From Octopus sinensis (Eukaryota): a stretch of DNA of 64,000 nt. Within the stretch, counting starts at the first letter, position 1. Every line of letters begins with the position of its first letter. The translations under genes and the position numbers were made by a program. The stretch lies in NCBI RefSeq assembly GCF_006345805.1, contig NC_043002.1:92814001-92878000 (forward strand). Reading direction: 5' to 3'. Below are positions 36,790 to 50,263 of the stretch, piece after piece. Under the pieces are notes generated by a model that made no database searches, was not told the DNA's origin, and saw only the letters and a list, made by a program, of their open reading frames with translations.

Positions 36790-38510
36790 ATGGTTTCAAA
36801 TTTTGGTACGGTAATAGAAGGGGATAAGTCACTTGCATCGAACCCAATGATCAACTGGTACTTTATTGTATCGCTCCCGAGAGGCAGAGTAGACCTCGGT
36901 GGAATTTGAGCTGGAAACATACAAGCGGAAGAAATGCCGCTAAGCATTTCGTCCTGCGTGCAAACGATTTTGTTAGCTCGCCACCATTTTGGCTTGAAAT
37001 AACTACCCTTTATTTCCTATTTACAGATCCTGTTTCCCTGAACCACATCTCACTAACTCAGAACATAAAGCCGGAAGAAATGCTGAGAAGTACTTTGTCC
37101 GGCATGCCGACAATTATGCCAGCTTACTGCTTTAATATTCTTTTCTACTTTAGGTACAAGGCCTGAAATCTTTGCTTACATCAATTCCAGTACCTGGCTG
37201 GTACTTATTTTATCGACCCTTTATATTACTTTAATTGTTTCTGCTATAAAGTACAAATCCTGAAATTGTGAGGGAGAGGACTGACTATTCGATTGGATCA
37301 AGCCCAGTGTTCAACTGGTACCTATTTTTTTGAGGGGGGGGGGCTGAAAAAGATGAAAGGCAAAGCCGACCTCGGCAGAATTTGAGCATACCTTTGGTAC
37401 AGCCGGAAACAATTCAGTTAATATTGGTTTCAAAGTTTCGTACAAAGCTTGCAATTTCGGGAGAGGGCTAGTCGATTACATCGACTCCTGTGCTTAACTG
37501 ATTCTTATTTTATGGACGCCGAAAGGTTGTAATGCAAAGTTGACCCCGGCAGCATTTAAACTCAGAAGATTAAGTTGGAAGAAAAGCCGCTAAGCGTTTT
37601 GGCCGGCGAGATAACGATTCTGCCAGCTCACCGCCTTAATATTGCTTGAAATAAAAATCTAGAGAGAGTGAGAAAGAAGGGGAGTGGGAGAGAGATAGAG
37701 TGTGTATGCCTATGTATGAATGCGTGAGTGAAATACTACAATATGTATATATTGCTGATATATGTAAGGTCTATAAGGTGGCGAGCTGGCAGAAACGTTA
37801 GCACGCCGGGCGAAATGCTTAGCGAAATTTCGTCTGCCGTTACGTTGTGAGTTCAAATTCCGCCGAGGTCGACTTTGCCTTTCATCCTTTTGGAGGCCGA
37901 TAAATTAAGTACCAGTTGCGTACTGGAGTCGATCTAATCGACTGTCCCCTCCCCCAAAATTTCGGGCCTTGTGCCTAGAGTAGAAAAGGATATATGTAAG
38001 GTCTATAAGGCGGCGAGCTGGCAGAAACGTTAGCACACCGGGCGAAATGCTTAGTGGTATTTCGTCTGTCTTTATGTTCTAAGTTCAAATTACGCCGAGG
38101 TCGACTTTGCCTTTCATCCTTTTGGGGGTCGATAAATTAAGTACCAGTTACGCACTGGGGTCGATCTAATCGACTGGCCCCCTCCACAAAATTTTCGGGC
38201 CTTGTGCCTAGAGCAGAATGTAGATAAAAGGCCACATATTTGTGGATTGGAATGACAAGATGAAATGTATTCCAGTACGTGTCTGCTACTTTATTTATCG
38301 ACTACATCGATTCAGTGCACAACTAGTACTTATCTTATCCGTTGCGTAAAGATAAAAGGCAAAGTGGATCTCAACAGAATTTGAACTTTTGAACGTAAAG
38401 CATTTTGCCTAGCGTGTTAACAATTCTGCCAGCGTGCCGCCTTAAATGGTCTTATTTTATCGACCCCGAAAAGATGAAAGACAAAGTCAACCACAGCAGA
38501 ATTTGAACTC
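36790..38510. mobile_element. Dense cluster of SINE family B copies (degraded minus copies 36790-37640 and 38280-38510; two plus copies 37776-37988 and 38008-38220)
   Basis: Repeated family B head and core; 22-nt direct repeat GATATATGTAAGGTCTATAAGG at 37757-37778 and 37989-38010. Confidence 0.8.
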
Positions 38511-38914
38511 AGCATAATGAAATACTATAATAATACTATATGGATGGAGTAATATTTCTTTCGTTGATCCTGCCTAAACGGAACAGTAATTTAATTGTGT
38601 GATTAAGTACGTTTCATTATGTGTAAAGGTATCTGTTTATGTGTGTGAACACAAGTGAAAGCGTTTGTAGTCGTTGTGTTTATTGTACAGAACAGCATTA
38701 CGGATATTCTTTTCAACCATGTTTAAATACAAACTCGCCGATTATAAACTGGTTTATTTACGTGTTTCACATTAATGTTCTCCTGTTTCCTGGTTGGTGT
38801 CTTGTTACATCGGCTGGAATTTGGAATATGAAAGCCTTCATATACATACGCATACATATATACATACATACAAACATATACATACATACATACATTCACA
38901 TTATGTGTGTGTGT

Positions 38915-39295
<381 letters not shown>

Positions 39296-39667
39296 ATATA
39301 TGCATATGTTCATATATGTAAGTATGTATGTGTGTGTGTGTGTGTTGTATACGTATATAATATATCTGTGTATTTATCTATATGAATATATTTAGCACAT
39401 ATTTACATACACACCAGCACACACATATGCATATACATACATACATTTGTGTGTGTGTGTGTGTGTTGTGTGTGTATACACCCACTATAGTTTTCAATGT
39501 TACTCGTGAGGTTAGCTGGTGAAAGAAAGTGAAACTCGTTCATGAGAATAACATCAAAAAACTTCTTGACCTTCATGAAATAAATGTATTTATAATTTTG
39601 AGTTTCATCTCACAAAACTAACCTTTGTCGATCGTTAATTGAATGCTTTCATAGTCTTACCTGTTGT

Positions 39668-40620
39668 GTGTATGTATGCATGTACGTACGTACGTATGTA
39701 TGTATGTATGTATGTATGTATGTATGTATGTATGTATGTATGTATGTATGTATGTATGTATGTATGCATGCATGTATGTATGCATGCATGTATGCATGCA
39801 TGCATGTATGTATGTATGTATGTATGTATGTATGTATGCATGTACGTATGTATGTATGTATGTATGTATGCATGTATGTATGCATGTATGTATGTATGTA
39901 TGTATGTATGTATGTATGTGTGTATGTATATATGTATATATGTATGTATGCATGTATGTATGCATGTAAGTATGTATGTATGTATGTATGTATGTATGTA
40001 TGTGTATATGTATGTATGCATGTATGTATGCATGTATGTATGTATGTATGTGTGTATGTATGTATGCATGTATGTATATATGTATCCATGTATGTATGTA
40101 TGTATGTATGTATGTATGTTTGTATGTATGTATGCATGTATACATGCATGTATGTATGTATGCATGCATGTATATATGCATGCATGTATGTATGTATATA
40201 TGTAAGCATGTATGTATGCATGTATGTATGTATGTATGTATGTATGTATGTATGCATGCCTGTATGTATGTATGTATATATGTATGCATGTATGTATATA
40301 TGTATGCATGTATGTATATATGTATCCATGTATGTATGTATGTATGTATGTATGTATGTTTGTATGTATGTATGCATGTATACATGCATGTATGTATGTA
40401 TGCATGCATGTATATATGTATGCATGTATGTATGTATATATGTAAGCATGTATGTATGCATGTATGTATGTATGTATGTATGTATGTATGCATGCCTGTA
40501 TGTATGTATGTATATATGAATCTATGTATGTATGTATATATGTAAGCATGTATGTATGCATGTATGTATGCATGCATGTATATACGTGTGAATGTATGTA
40601 TGCGTGAATGTATGCATGTA
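39668..40620. repeat. ~950-bp degenerate (TATG)n microsatellite with a 240-bp higher-order repeat
   Basis: Variant string TATCCATGTATG...GTTTGTATG...TATACATGCATG at ~40083 and ~40323. Confidence 0.9.
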
Positions 40621-40745
40621 TATACATGTTTGAATGCGCGCGTGTGTGTGTGCAACCGCGCGTGTATTTTAATAAAAGCTGGAGAGAATGATCATTCGAA
40701 TTACGAAATTGTAACGAAGGTTGGTGCACACACACACACACATGC

Positions 40746-40776
<31 letters not shown>

Positions 40777-40808
40777 ATATATATATACATATATATAATA
40801 TATATATT

Positions 40809-40909
<101 letters not shown>

Positions 40910-41003
40910 ATATATATATATATATATCTATATTATATATGTATATGACTTATACATTTATCATTTATATATACATGTACATATGCATTATGCATATATA
41001 ATA

Positions 41004-41092
<89 letters not shown>

Positions 41093-41185
41093 CATGCACT
41101 TATACATTTATCATTTATATATACATGTACATATGCATATATGCAATATATATATATATATATAGATTATATATATATATATTAA

Positions 41186-41218
<33 letters not shown>

Positions 41219-41345
41219 ATGTATGTATGTAATATATATATATATACATATATACATATGTGTGTGTGTGTGTTGGTTTTGGTGGTGTTAGAGAATGGAG
41301 TATAAGAACAGGGAGGGAGGCGGGAGGGAGAGCGGGCGAGAGGGC

Positions 41346-41400
<55 letters not shown>

Positions 41401-42404
41401 AGAGAAAGGAGCGAGTTAAGTGGTGGTCGTATAGAAATGGGGGAAAGGCGTGAAAAGAGAGATGAATGGATGGAATATATATAACGGTAAACATGAGGGA
41501 TGCAAAAAAAAAAAATAAAATAAGTAAAGAAATAAGTTGTTTGAAAGGGCATATTTGTAACTAGGGCTATGGTTGGTTAAATTTTCAAAAAACGGTTGCA
41601 GTTAAGGGAGTACCACAAGTATAACGTAATAATTGGAAAACGGGTGAATTTATGTGAAAAAATATTCTTCTATCGGAATACGTTTAATATATTAAGAAGG
41701 AAAATTATTTTTTAGAATTCTGCCTAAGTTTCTTATTCAACATGTTACTCAATCTTTATAAGATATTAATCGTATTAAAAGTCTTTCTTTCTTTCTTTTT
41801 CTTAACCGAACCTTCCGCATATTGTAGCCAAATAAATAACATGCCCATCCAACCGTGACACATTCCCAAAGAAATTATTTACTCAGCTAATATTGATATT
41901 AATACAGTCTCTAAATTATTTATTGGATTAACATCAAACTCAGCAACCAACACCTTTTCGCGTTCCGCCATCAAACCAGACATTTTGATACGATGTAATC
42001 CAAATTTGTTTGAAATCTCTAATCGAAAGAACACGAATTCAAATTGCAACTTGAAAATCATTTGTTTACATTTTACCTTTCAACTGTTTCAGTTATTGAA
42101 TTGTGGCCATGCTGAGCTGCCGCTTTGAAATGTTTAAACGAATTGATCGACCATCTCCTCCTCCCCACCAATATTTTTAAAAAAAATCTGGTACTTATTC
42201 TATCGATACTCTTTGCCGAACAGCTAATGTTACGGTCCCAAATGTATTGACCCTGTCTTTCCTTTGGATTAAATCAGTGCAGTCGAGAGGGGTATCGTGC
42301 AAATTGGGTAAGGCACGTTCTTCATACATTCAGAGCACAGGCATTTAGCTTAGCCAAGGACTTAGAATTTCTGGGAGGACGCTGCAAAAAAAAAAAAAAA
42401 AAGA

Positions 42405-43490
42405 GAGCATTATGGAAAGGACACTTCATCCTTACTGGCAAGGGACAACACGGGAGTGACAGATTACGGGTTATTAGGTATCCTTATTTGGTGAAGCAGG
42501 ATGTCGCCACGGGTCATCTTCGACGATGGGAGTGATTATTCAATCGCACTGATCAGCTACTGCCCGTCTTAAACTGGGCAGTCCCTTGTCAGTAAGGTGC
42601 TGATCCACCACATCTATGGAGCTAGGACAAAAACCGAAAAGCAGACGTAAAGTCCAGCACCTGGCAAAAGAGGAAGAAAATTGAAATTGACCCAACTGAA
42701 ACTGGGGACCTGGAATGTCAGAACAATGACAACCGGAATGGACATTACAGAACTGGACAAAACAGAGGACATAAGGAAAACGGCAATCATTGACAGGGAG
42801 CTCACACAGCTGAATGTAGACATCACTGCCCTGCAAGAGACAAGACTTGCTGACTCTGGTTCCATTAGGGAAAGAAATCACACATTCTTCTGGAAGAGCC
42901 TTGGGGAAGATAAGAGGACCTTGTATAGCAGACAGGACAGGTGCCTCGGCATTTTCCATCTCAGATGCCTCCGCAAGATCTTAGGCCTAACATGGCGCGA
43001 CAAGGTCACCAATGTTGAAGGGCTAGCCCAGGCGAATCTTCAAAGCATGACAACTATCTTGTATATGAGAAGACTGAGGTGGCTGGGGAATGTCAAGAGA
43101 ATGGATGACCATCGAATCCCGAAGCAACTGCTCTATGGAGAACTGGCCCAGGGCAAGAGACCAAGAGGAAGACCAAAACTGAGGTATAAGGACACTTGCA
43201 AAACTAGTTTGTCCAAGTGTGAGGTGGCTGTTGGCACAAGGGAAGAGAGGGCTGGGGACAGAACAACGTGGAGAACTATGGTGAAGGAGGGAACTGCTTC
43301 GCTAGAGATCAGCTACAGAAACAAACAAGTCAGCGGCGAAAGGAAAACAACAGAAATGCAGAGCGGCCGAGCCACCCTCTTGGTATGCAAGTACTGTGAC
43401 AGAAGCTGCGCTTCAATAATAGGAAATAGGAAGAATCAACCATGAAAGAAGCTGCAAGAAAAGGAACCCCGAATATGTTCGATTAAGTGT
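42405..43490 (+). mobile_element. Internally deleted RTE (BovB-like) LINE: 5' UTR + APE N-terminus fused in frame to the ORF C-terminus
   Basis: ORF 42681-43445: LGTWNVRTM...DITALQETRLADSGSIRE (APE start) joined to FHLRCLRKILGLTWRDKVTN...RRLRWLGNVKRMDDHRIPKQLLYGEL..GKRPRGRPKLRYKD; no RT domain. Confidence 0.9.
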
Positions 43491-43990
43491 CCTCTAATCT
43501 AAATTGACCGTCTGCATAGACGAAAAGGGCCAATTATTAATGTTACGGGGACGCAAAACAAACCAATGCCGGTTGTCCAAGCGGTGGTGGGAGACAAACA
43601 ACGCAACACAAACATAAAGATGCATTCGCATAGATGCACACACATAAATACGTACACACACACACAGGCCCCCCCCACGCACACGCACGCATGCACACGC
43701 AAATATGCGACAAGCTTCATTTTGTAAATGAAGGAATTGGTCGGCCCGCGGCCATAGAAGAAGATACTTGTCCACGATGCTACGCTGTGTGGCCGTGAAG
43801 CAGACTTCTTACACAACCAGAACTCACTGAAGGATCGCCAAATTTTGATTTTATACTAGAAGTCCTTTTCAACTTTGCATATCAGACATATTAGAAACTC
43901 ATCATTCTAAGACCCCCAATACATTTAAAATTCTTCATTGTTCCAAGTTGCTTATATACGACACTAAAACTAACTACCCTTTATTCCCTA

Positions 43991-44394
43991 CTAGCAGCAT
44001 AGCCCGGCGTTGCCCGGGTATGTAAGAGCCCCTAGTAGGCAACGACTAATCCCAATCTAGTCCTTTCCCTCTAGGGAACGAAGGCGCATGTGTAGGTTGC
44101 AATGTATTCTCTTCATTCGAATACTTCTGTGTATACGATGTTCCTAGCTGTCCCTTTGGGCGATAAAAATGTGTTGCATATAAAAAGCTTAGATTCTCGA
44201 CCCCATGTCGAATTTATCGATTTTTTTCAGAACTGGGGAAACTTTTCAAAATTTTAGCTGCGTTAGTTTTGAATTATGACATTGGGCTATGTGTGTGTCA
44301 AGTTTCATCAGAATCGGTTGTAAGCCGTGGTCAGGGTGAGAGTACAACCTAACAGACACACAGACAGACAACCTGCCGTTTATATATAGAGAGA
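43991..44394 (-). mobile_element. Complete non-autonomous Helitron-like element (404 bp)
   Basis: Minus strand reads A|TC ... CCCGGGCAACGCCGGG hairpin ... CTAG|T, no TSD; a paralogous empty site is at 37001-37057. Confidence 0.85.
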
Positions 44395-44806
44395 TTTACA
44401 GATCCTGTTTCCCTGAACCACATCTCACTAACGATATTTATATCTTTCTCTCTATGTAGGTATATTCCCCCCCCCACCTCTGTCTTATTTCTCGCACATG
44501 TATTTCATTTAAAGCCACCTTTCACTGAATTCTACCTTTCCAACGATCATTCATTTTGGGTCCCTTTTATCTCAACTAATTTTGGCATTTTAACCAGTCA
44601 TGTTACTCTCAATATTTCAAATGTGAGTCTGAGACGTTTCGGCACAGCCGTATTGGCATTGATTGTTTGACGTCACTGATTCGACGCTGACTTATTTGAC
44701 AACAGACACTTTAATGTTTCTATCGTTCTCTCTTATCTTTTTCTCGTTCTCTTTCTCTCTTTCTGTGCTTTTCGCTCTCTTTGTCACTCTCTTTTTCACT
44801 CTCTGT

Positions 44807-44844
<38 letters not shown>

Positions 44845-45171
44845 CTCCCCTCTCTGTGTTTATGTGTATGAGCATATCTCTCTTTATGTGCATAAGGAGA
44901 GGGAATGTGTTTATGCTAATCGAGTTAAATTAATAAATGACAATATCTCCCTCTCTCTTCTCTGTCACTCATGAGAACCTCATGAAAAGTTGAGTAATTA
45001 TGAATGGAGTGAGAATAAGAAAAATTAAATGAGAGAAAGCTAAGTAGTGTTAAGGAAAAAAACATAGTGTAAAGGACAAAAGGATGAAGGAGTCTATGTA
45101 TATGTGTATATTTCTGTACGTGCGTGCGTGAACGTGTGTGAATGTTTCCCACAAGTGCCAAAAAGTACTGT

Positions 45172-45465
45172 GGAGGCACATGGCCTAGTGGTTAGAGCAG
45201 CGGACTCGCGGTTCGAATCTCAGACCCGGCGATGTGTGTGTTTATGAGCAAAACACCTAAGCTCTACGCGGCTCCGGCAGAAGGGAATGGCAAACTTCTG
45301 CTGACTCTTTCGCCACAACTTTCTCTCACTCTTTCCTCCTGCATCTTGAAGCTCACCTGCGACGGATTGGCGTCCCGTCCAGGTGGAGAACCTATACGCC
45401 AAGGAAACCTGGAAACTGGCCCTTATGAGCCAGGTATGGCTCGAAAAGGAACAAACAAACAAAAA
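45172..45465 (+). mobile_element. tRNA-derived SINE, family D
   Basis: A box TGGCCTAGTGG, B box GGTTCGAATCT, CORE-like block, CCTGCGACGGATTGGCGTCCCGTCCAGG segment reminiscent of V-SINE 3' regions, (AAAC)n tail. Confidence 0.75.
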
Positions 45466-45711
45466 GTACTGTAATCGAAACAGCCTGAATACTCAGATAG
45501 CCGTGCCAAATCCTTAGTGTGCAAGCAGCAACGTCAAATGGTTCCATTTCATGAAACGTGTCCTTTCAGAGTGCGTTTCTTTCTCCCGATTTACTTATTT
45601 ACCTTTTTACCGTTAAATATCCCCCTTAATCCTTCTCCCTTTGCACTAGGTTTTACTTTTAACACCATTTTTCTGATCCATTCGTTATTACATAACTTTG
45701 CATTCTTTTAT

Positions 45712-46175
45712 TCTTTTACTTGTTTCAGTAATCTGAATGCGGCCATGCTGGAGCACCGCCTCGACGGGATTTTAGTCGTAGAAATCGACCCCAATACTTA
45801 TTCTTTGTAAGCCTAGTACTTATTCTGTCAGTCTCTTTTGCTGAACCGCTAAGTTACGGAGACGTAAACACGACAACATTGGTTGCCAAGCGATAGTGGG
45901 GAGGGGGAAAATACAAACACAAAGACACACACACATAAATATAATATATATACATACACACGCAAAAATTTATATATATATACATACATATATACATATA
46001 GATGTATATATACGATTGGCTTCTTTCAGTTTCCGTCTACCAAATCCATTCAAAAGGCTTTATTCGGCCCGAAGCTATATTAGAAGACACTTGCCCAAGG
46101 TTCCACGCAGTGGGACTGAAACCAGAACCATGTGGTTGGGAAGCAAGCTTCTTACCACGCGGTTATGCCTGTGCC
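45712..46175 (-). mobile_element. SINE family A, diverged
   Basis: Co-linear with the other family A copies. Confidence 0.8.
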
Positions 46176-46249
46176 TTTCTTGAGCTTCTTAAGAAGCTTC
46201 TCAGTCGAAAAACAGATCCAAAAGGATTTCCATTGATATGAACGTGAAT

Positions 46250-47340
46250 CTCGAGTTTTGCAAAGAAAATCAGTCTGCTTCAATGTAAGGTTCGCAGATA
46301 CACGGACGAGCCTTCATGGATTTTCCTTCTGCTCAAAGAACAGCAGGAGAGTATCTTTACCCAGCGAAGGAGAGAGAAATATATTGGAAACAACTCTATA
46401 TATTCTACTAGACAACTTATATCAAGTTAACACATATAAACTTAATAGAACAGAACACAATAGAATCAATAATTTATCTTGGCACAAATTCGGCTCTAGT
46501 ACCGATTGGCCTCTAAGTACTACTAAAATCCATCCTGCATCATCTTGTATTTACTATATCATCTGAATAATTCTATACCAAATTAATCTGACTTATTGAA
46601 AAATCCTTAAGTAATAAATATGTTATTTTAAAAGATTTACTTCTTCTTCAACAAAACAACAACGTTATATATAATAAAGTCAGCCGTTAGCCTTGCTAGT
46701 CCTCTGAAAATACTCAGGAATACTCTAAAAATATTTGATGACGAACTTTCATCGGAAATGTTGAAATGATAATAATATTGTTACAAACAGAAAACTGTCA
46801 CAATCCACTTTACAAAAGTCTTAGGAAGAATCATATGTAGAGAGGTAATAAGATATTTAGTTCAATAGAAACCTTTTTAAACAACACCTTACATAACTTC
46901 TGGCAGGGAAGAAATTGTCAGACAAAACTTCTACATCATCAGAACCAGTTTCTTATTAGTCTGGTATATGGTTCACAATTGTATATTTTGATTTCACCTA
47001 AGCCTTCGACAAGGTCGACAATGGAATCTAATATTACAAGATATGAAACGTTAGCATAGTAGGGCTGTTACACATATGAATCGTTGATTTCATGACAGAC
47101 TGAAATCAAATGGTAGAAATCAACAGAGACCTACTCGAAAAGTTTGTAATAATAAGTGGAGTGCCAAAAGGCGGTACCTTGGCACTGCAGCACCGCTCTG
47201 GAGTTTCCTTTTGTCCTTCACAATGTTGTGAGACAGACAAAAATATATAATAGACTATTCAAGTGATCATGACAAACGATGATGTCTGGAAAGGGACTTA
47301 GTATAGACCTGGACAAATATACAAGTCAGATTTAATTCAC
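46250..47340 (+). mobile_element. Heavily degraded CR1-like LINE RT fragment
   Basis: IVYFDFT*AFDKVDNG followed by a remnant of the SGVP(Q)G motif (ATAAGTGGAGTGCCAAAAGG); many stops. Confidence 0.65.
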
Positions 47341-47529
47341 CTCCATCACGCATTATTACTATTCTATATCTAACATCAACAACAGATAAAGTCTGGACTC
47401 CTATTTTGCTACCAGCTTATAAATAAAATACAGGTACAACATCGATTTTCGGGAATCTGTGGTTCCAAAGCTTTTCTGGAATACTGATTATTATGTACCA
47501 GGGATGGTCACCTCAAAATTAAACAAACA

Positions 47530-47745
47530 TTGGTTTCAAATTTTGGCACAAAACCAGCAATTTCGGTGGAGGAGAGAGGGGAGGGGAATAAGTCGATCAA
47601 ATCTGGCACTTATTTTATCGACCCCGAAAGAATGAAAGGCCAAGTCGACCTCAGAGGATTTTGAACTCAGAACGTAAAAACAGACGAAATGCCACTAAGC
47701 ATTTTGCCCGGCGTAATAACTGCTCTACCAGTTCAGTGCCTTAAA
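47530..47745 (-). mobile_element. SINE family B (alternative tail)
   Basis: Family B core on the minus strand. Confidence 0.75.
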
Positions 47746-48885
47746 TTAAACAAATATCAAATTTGTGTAAATAATTAAATGAAATGCAGGTACTTCTACG
47801 TTTATATAAATGATACAAGTTTAATTAATGCTGCCCTGCGCAAGGCACTAGACTGTGCAATGCAGCAGTGAACAAGTCTGACGGCCGCAGGTATTTGGAG
47901 TTTCAGCTCGTGAATTAGTGTACATTATAGGAGGTTCCTGATCATCAGTGTCCGGAAAGTCGGTCCCGCATCTGTACTCAACTCTTCCTTGAAAGACAAC
48001 ACATGATGCTAGGGTGCCAAACCAACTTTCGAATCGACAAGCCTCTGTATTGTGGAACGCAACAACAAAAATAACAAATCCAGAATTTCAAACTTCCTGA
48101 ATAGAATACCACGAGGATCTAACTCCCCTACTCCCACCTTCATAACACCCACGATCTTTTCACTTCTTGCCACCCAGATACAGTTGCTCAACGATTCCAT
48201 CCTCACAAATATCATCTAGAAATCTGGCTCCAAGAACAATAAATCTACTGTAGCATTTTCCAAATCCGCCATCTTCCTCCTCACTAGCAACGCTAGAGAG
48301 CATCAATTACAACCAAACAGTGATCGAAACAACAAATATATAAATGCAAAAATACTGAAACACACACACAGTACTTCAGTATTCGAAGATCTAAAGCACC
48401 ATAAAGCGTATAAACACATTATCTGCAATTACTGGTACCATATTGACCAATATAAACAGATGTACAAACTACATTAAATCCATTGCGGATTAAGTTATGC
48501 ACTGCCCCAATTCTTCCTAATATATCAACAAAATACAGTGCATGACTATTGATAGTATGCAGATGACTTATGAAACATATTAAACTTATTAAACATGATG
48601 TTTTCAAATTTATATAAATTTTGAGAAACACAAATAAGAAAGAAGAAAGCAAAGGACCACTGAGGTCACAGGAGTGTGACGAAAGAACTCTGGCCGAAAT
48701 AAGATTAAGATTAATGTAAAAAAAATGAATAACGCTGAAGCAAAGTAACACCAAATATATAGTGCGTGTGTTTTTATTGGCTAAACTGGCAAAATGACCA
48801 TTCCTAAATACAATAATATCTGTTTCAACACACGATTTCACATCAAAAATCTTGCAAAACAAATTCACACACAACACACACACAC

Positions 48886-48973
<88 letters not shown>

Positions 48974-48979
48974 ATGTGC

Positions 48980-50263
48980 GCTAGCTTAAAGGTTGATGTT
49001 TCCTGGAGGCCTTCTAACAAATTCTCGCACATTAGAAAGCGAAACGACCCACGTTACACGACGAAAACACTAAAGTTTGTGGGTAAGAGTCTGATGCTTT
49101 GGGGATGCATAAAAGTGTTGGTTCAAGAAAGCTGGTTAAAATTGATGGTAACTTGAATAGTGCCAAATACGTCTAGTTGCTGAAGGGCAATTTGGTACCA
49201 GACTTGGATGAAGGTGAGATTTTTCAGCTTGGTGGAGTTCCATGCCACAGATCATGTGCAACACAACAGAGTCTAGCTGATGAAGGTGCTACCATATTGA
49301 AAGATTGGCCATCTCAGAGCCCTAACTTAAATATCATTGAGCAAATGTAAACAGAACTAAAGAAAAGAGTTCATCAGAAGAAATCACAGATTCTTGAAGA
49401 GTTGTGGGAGCTCAGCCACAGAGAATGGCATCTCATTCCTGTGAAGATGGTGAAGGATTTGTACACATTTCTTCCCAGGCGCATTGAAGCAGTTAGTTAA
49501 GTTAAGGGAAGCCACACAAAATATTAGCAATGCACAGTAACTTCTTGAAATAAACATTATGTAATAAATTTTCATTATAGACATTTTTCTGTTTTAAGAG
49601 TGGCTGTGTGGTAAGTAGCTTGCTTACCAACCACATGGTTCCGGGTTCAGTCCTACTGCGTGGCATCTTGGGCAAGTGTCTTCTGCTATAGCCCCGGGCC
49701 AACCAATGCCTTATGAGTGGATTTGGTAGACGGAAACTGAAAGAAGCCTATCGTATATATGTATATATATATGTGTGTGTGTGTATGTGTGTGTATACAT
49801 TTGTGTGTCTGTGTTTGTCCCCCTAGCATTGCTTGACAACCAATGCTGGTGTGTTTACGTCCCCGTCAATTAGCGGTTCGGCAAAAAGAGACCGATAGAA
49901 TAAGTACTGGGCTTACAAAGAATTAGTCCCGGGGTCGATTTGCTCGACTAAAGGCGGTGCTCCAGCATGGCCGCAGTCAAATGACTGAAACAAGTAAAAG
50001 AGAAAAAGAGTAAAGAGTATCTTGATTGGTTTTTGTGAGGTGGCTGGAAACTTTTGCATGGCCAATTTGCGGGGGTCGTCTCACATCTTCCCCTCTTATT
50101 CAAAATCCCTACTACAAAATATAACGATTAGGTGTGGAAATGACTCCATCAGTGCCAATGTTTCATTTGCAAAAAAACGCAAAGCAAAACTTCCACTTAA
50201 AAGTTGGCAATTAATAGAAATTTATAATAATTCAAAGTGGCCGAAGACTTTTGCACGGTACTG
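48980..50263 (+). mobile_element. Tc1-like DNA transposon, 3' half (transposase pseudogene + right TIR), interrupted by a SINE A at 49598-50018
   Basis: KSLMLWGCI...KIDGNLNSAKY...EIFQ..GVPCH...DWPSQSPNLNIIEQM*..RRIEAV; right end GGCCGAAGACTTTTGCACGGTACTG|TA. Confidence 0.9.
49598..50018 (+). mobile_element. SINE family A nested in the Tc1 element
   Basis: Co-linear with the other family A copies. Confidence 0.9.

Noticed and set aside
44625-44660. Minus-strand GGC-TGT-GCC-GAAACGTC hammerhead half
   Set aside because: No CUGANGA upstream, only a 3-bp stem II; chance or fully decayed.
47940-48290. Minus-strand AAGATGGCGGAT start with a broken reading frame (possible pseudogene or LINE ORF1)
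   Set aside because: In-frame stops and no motif I can recognise; cannot assign.
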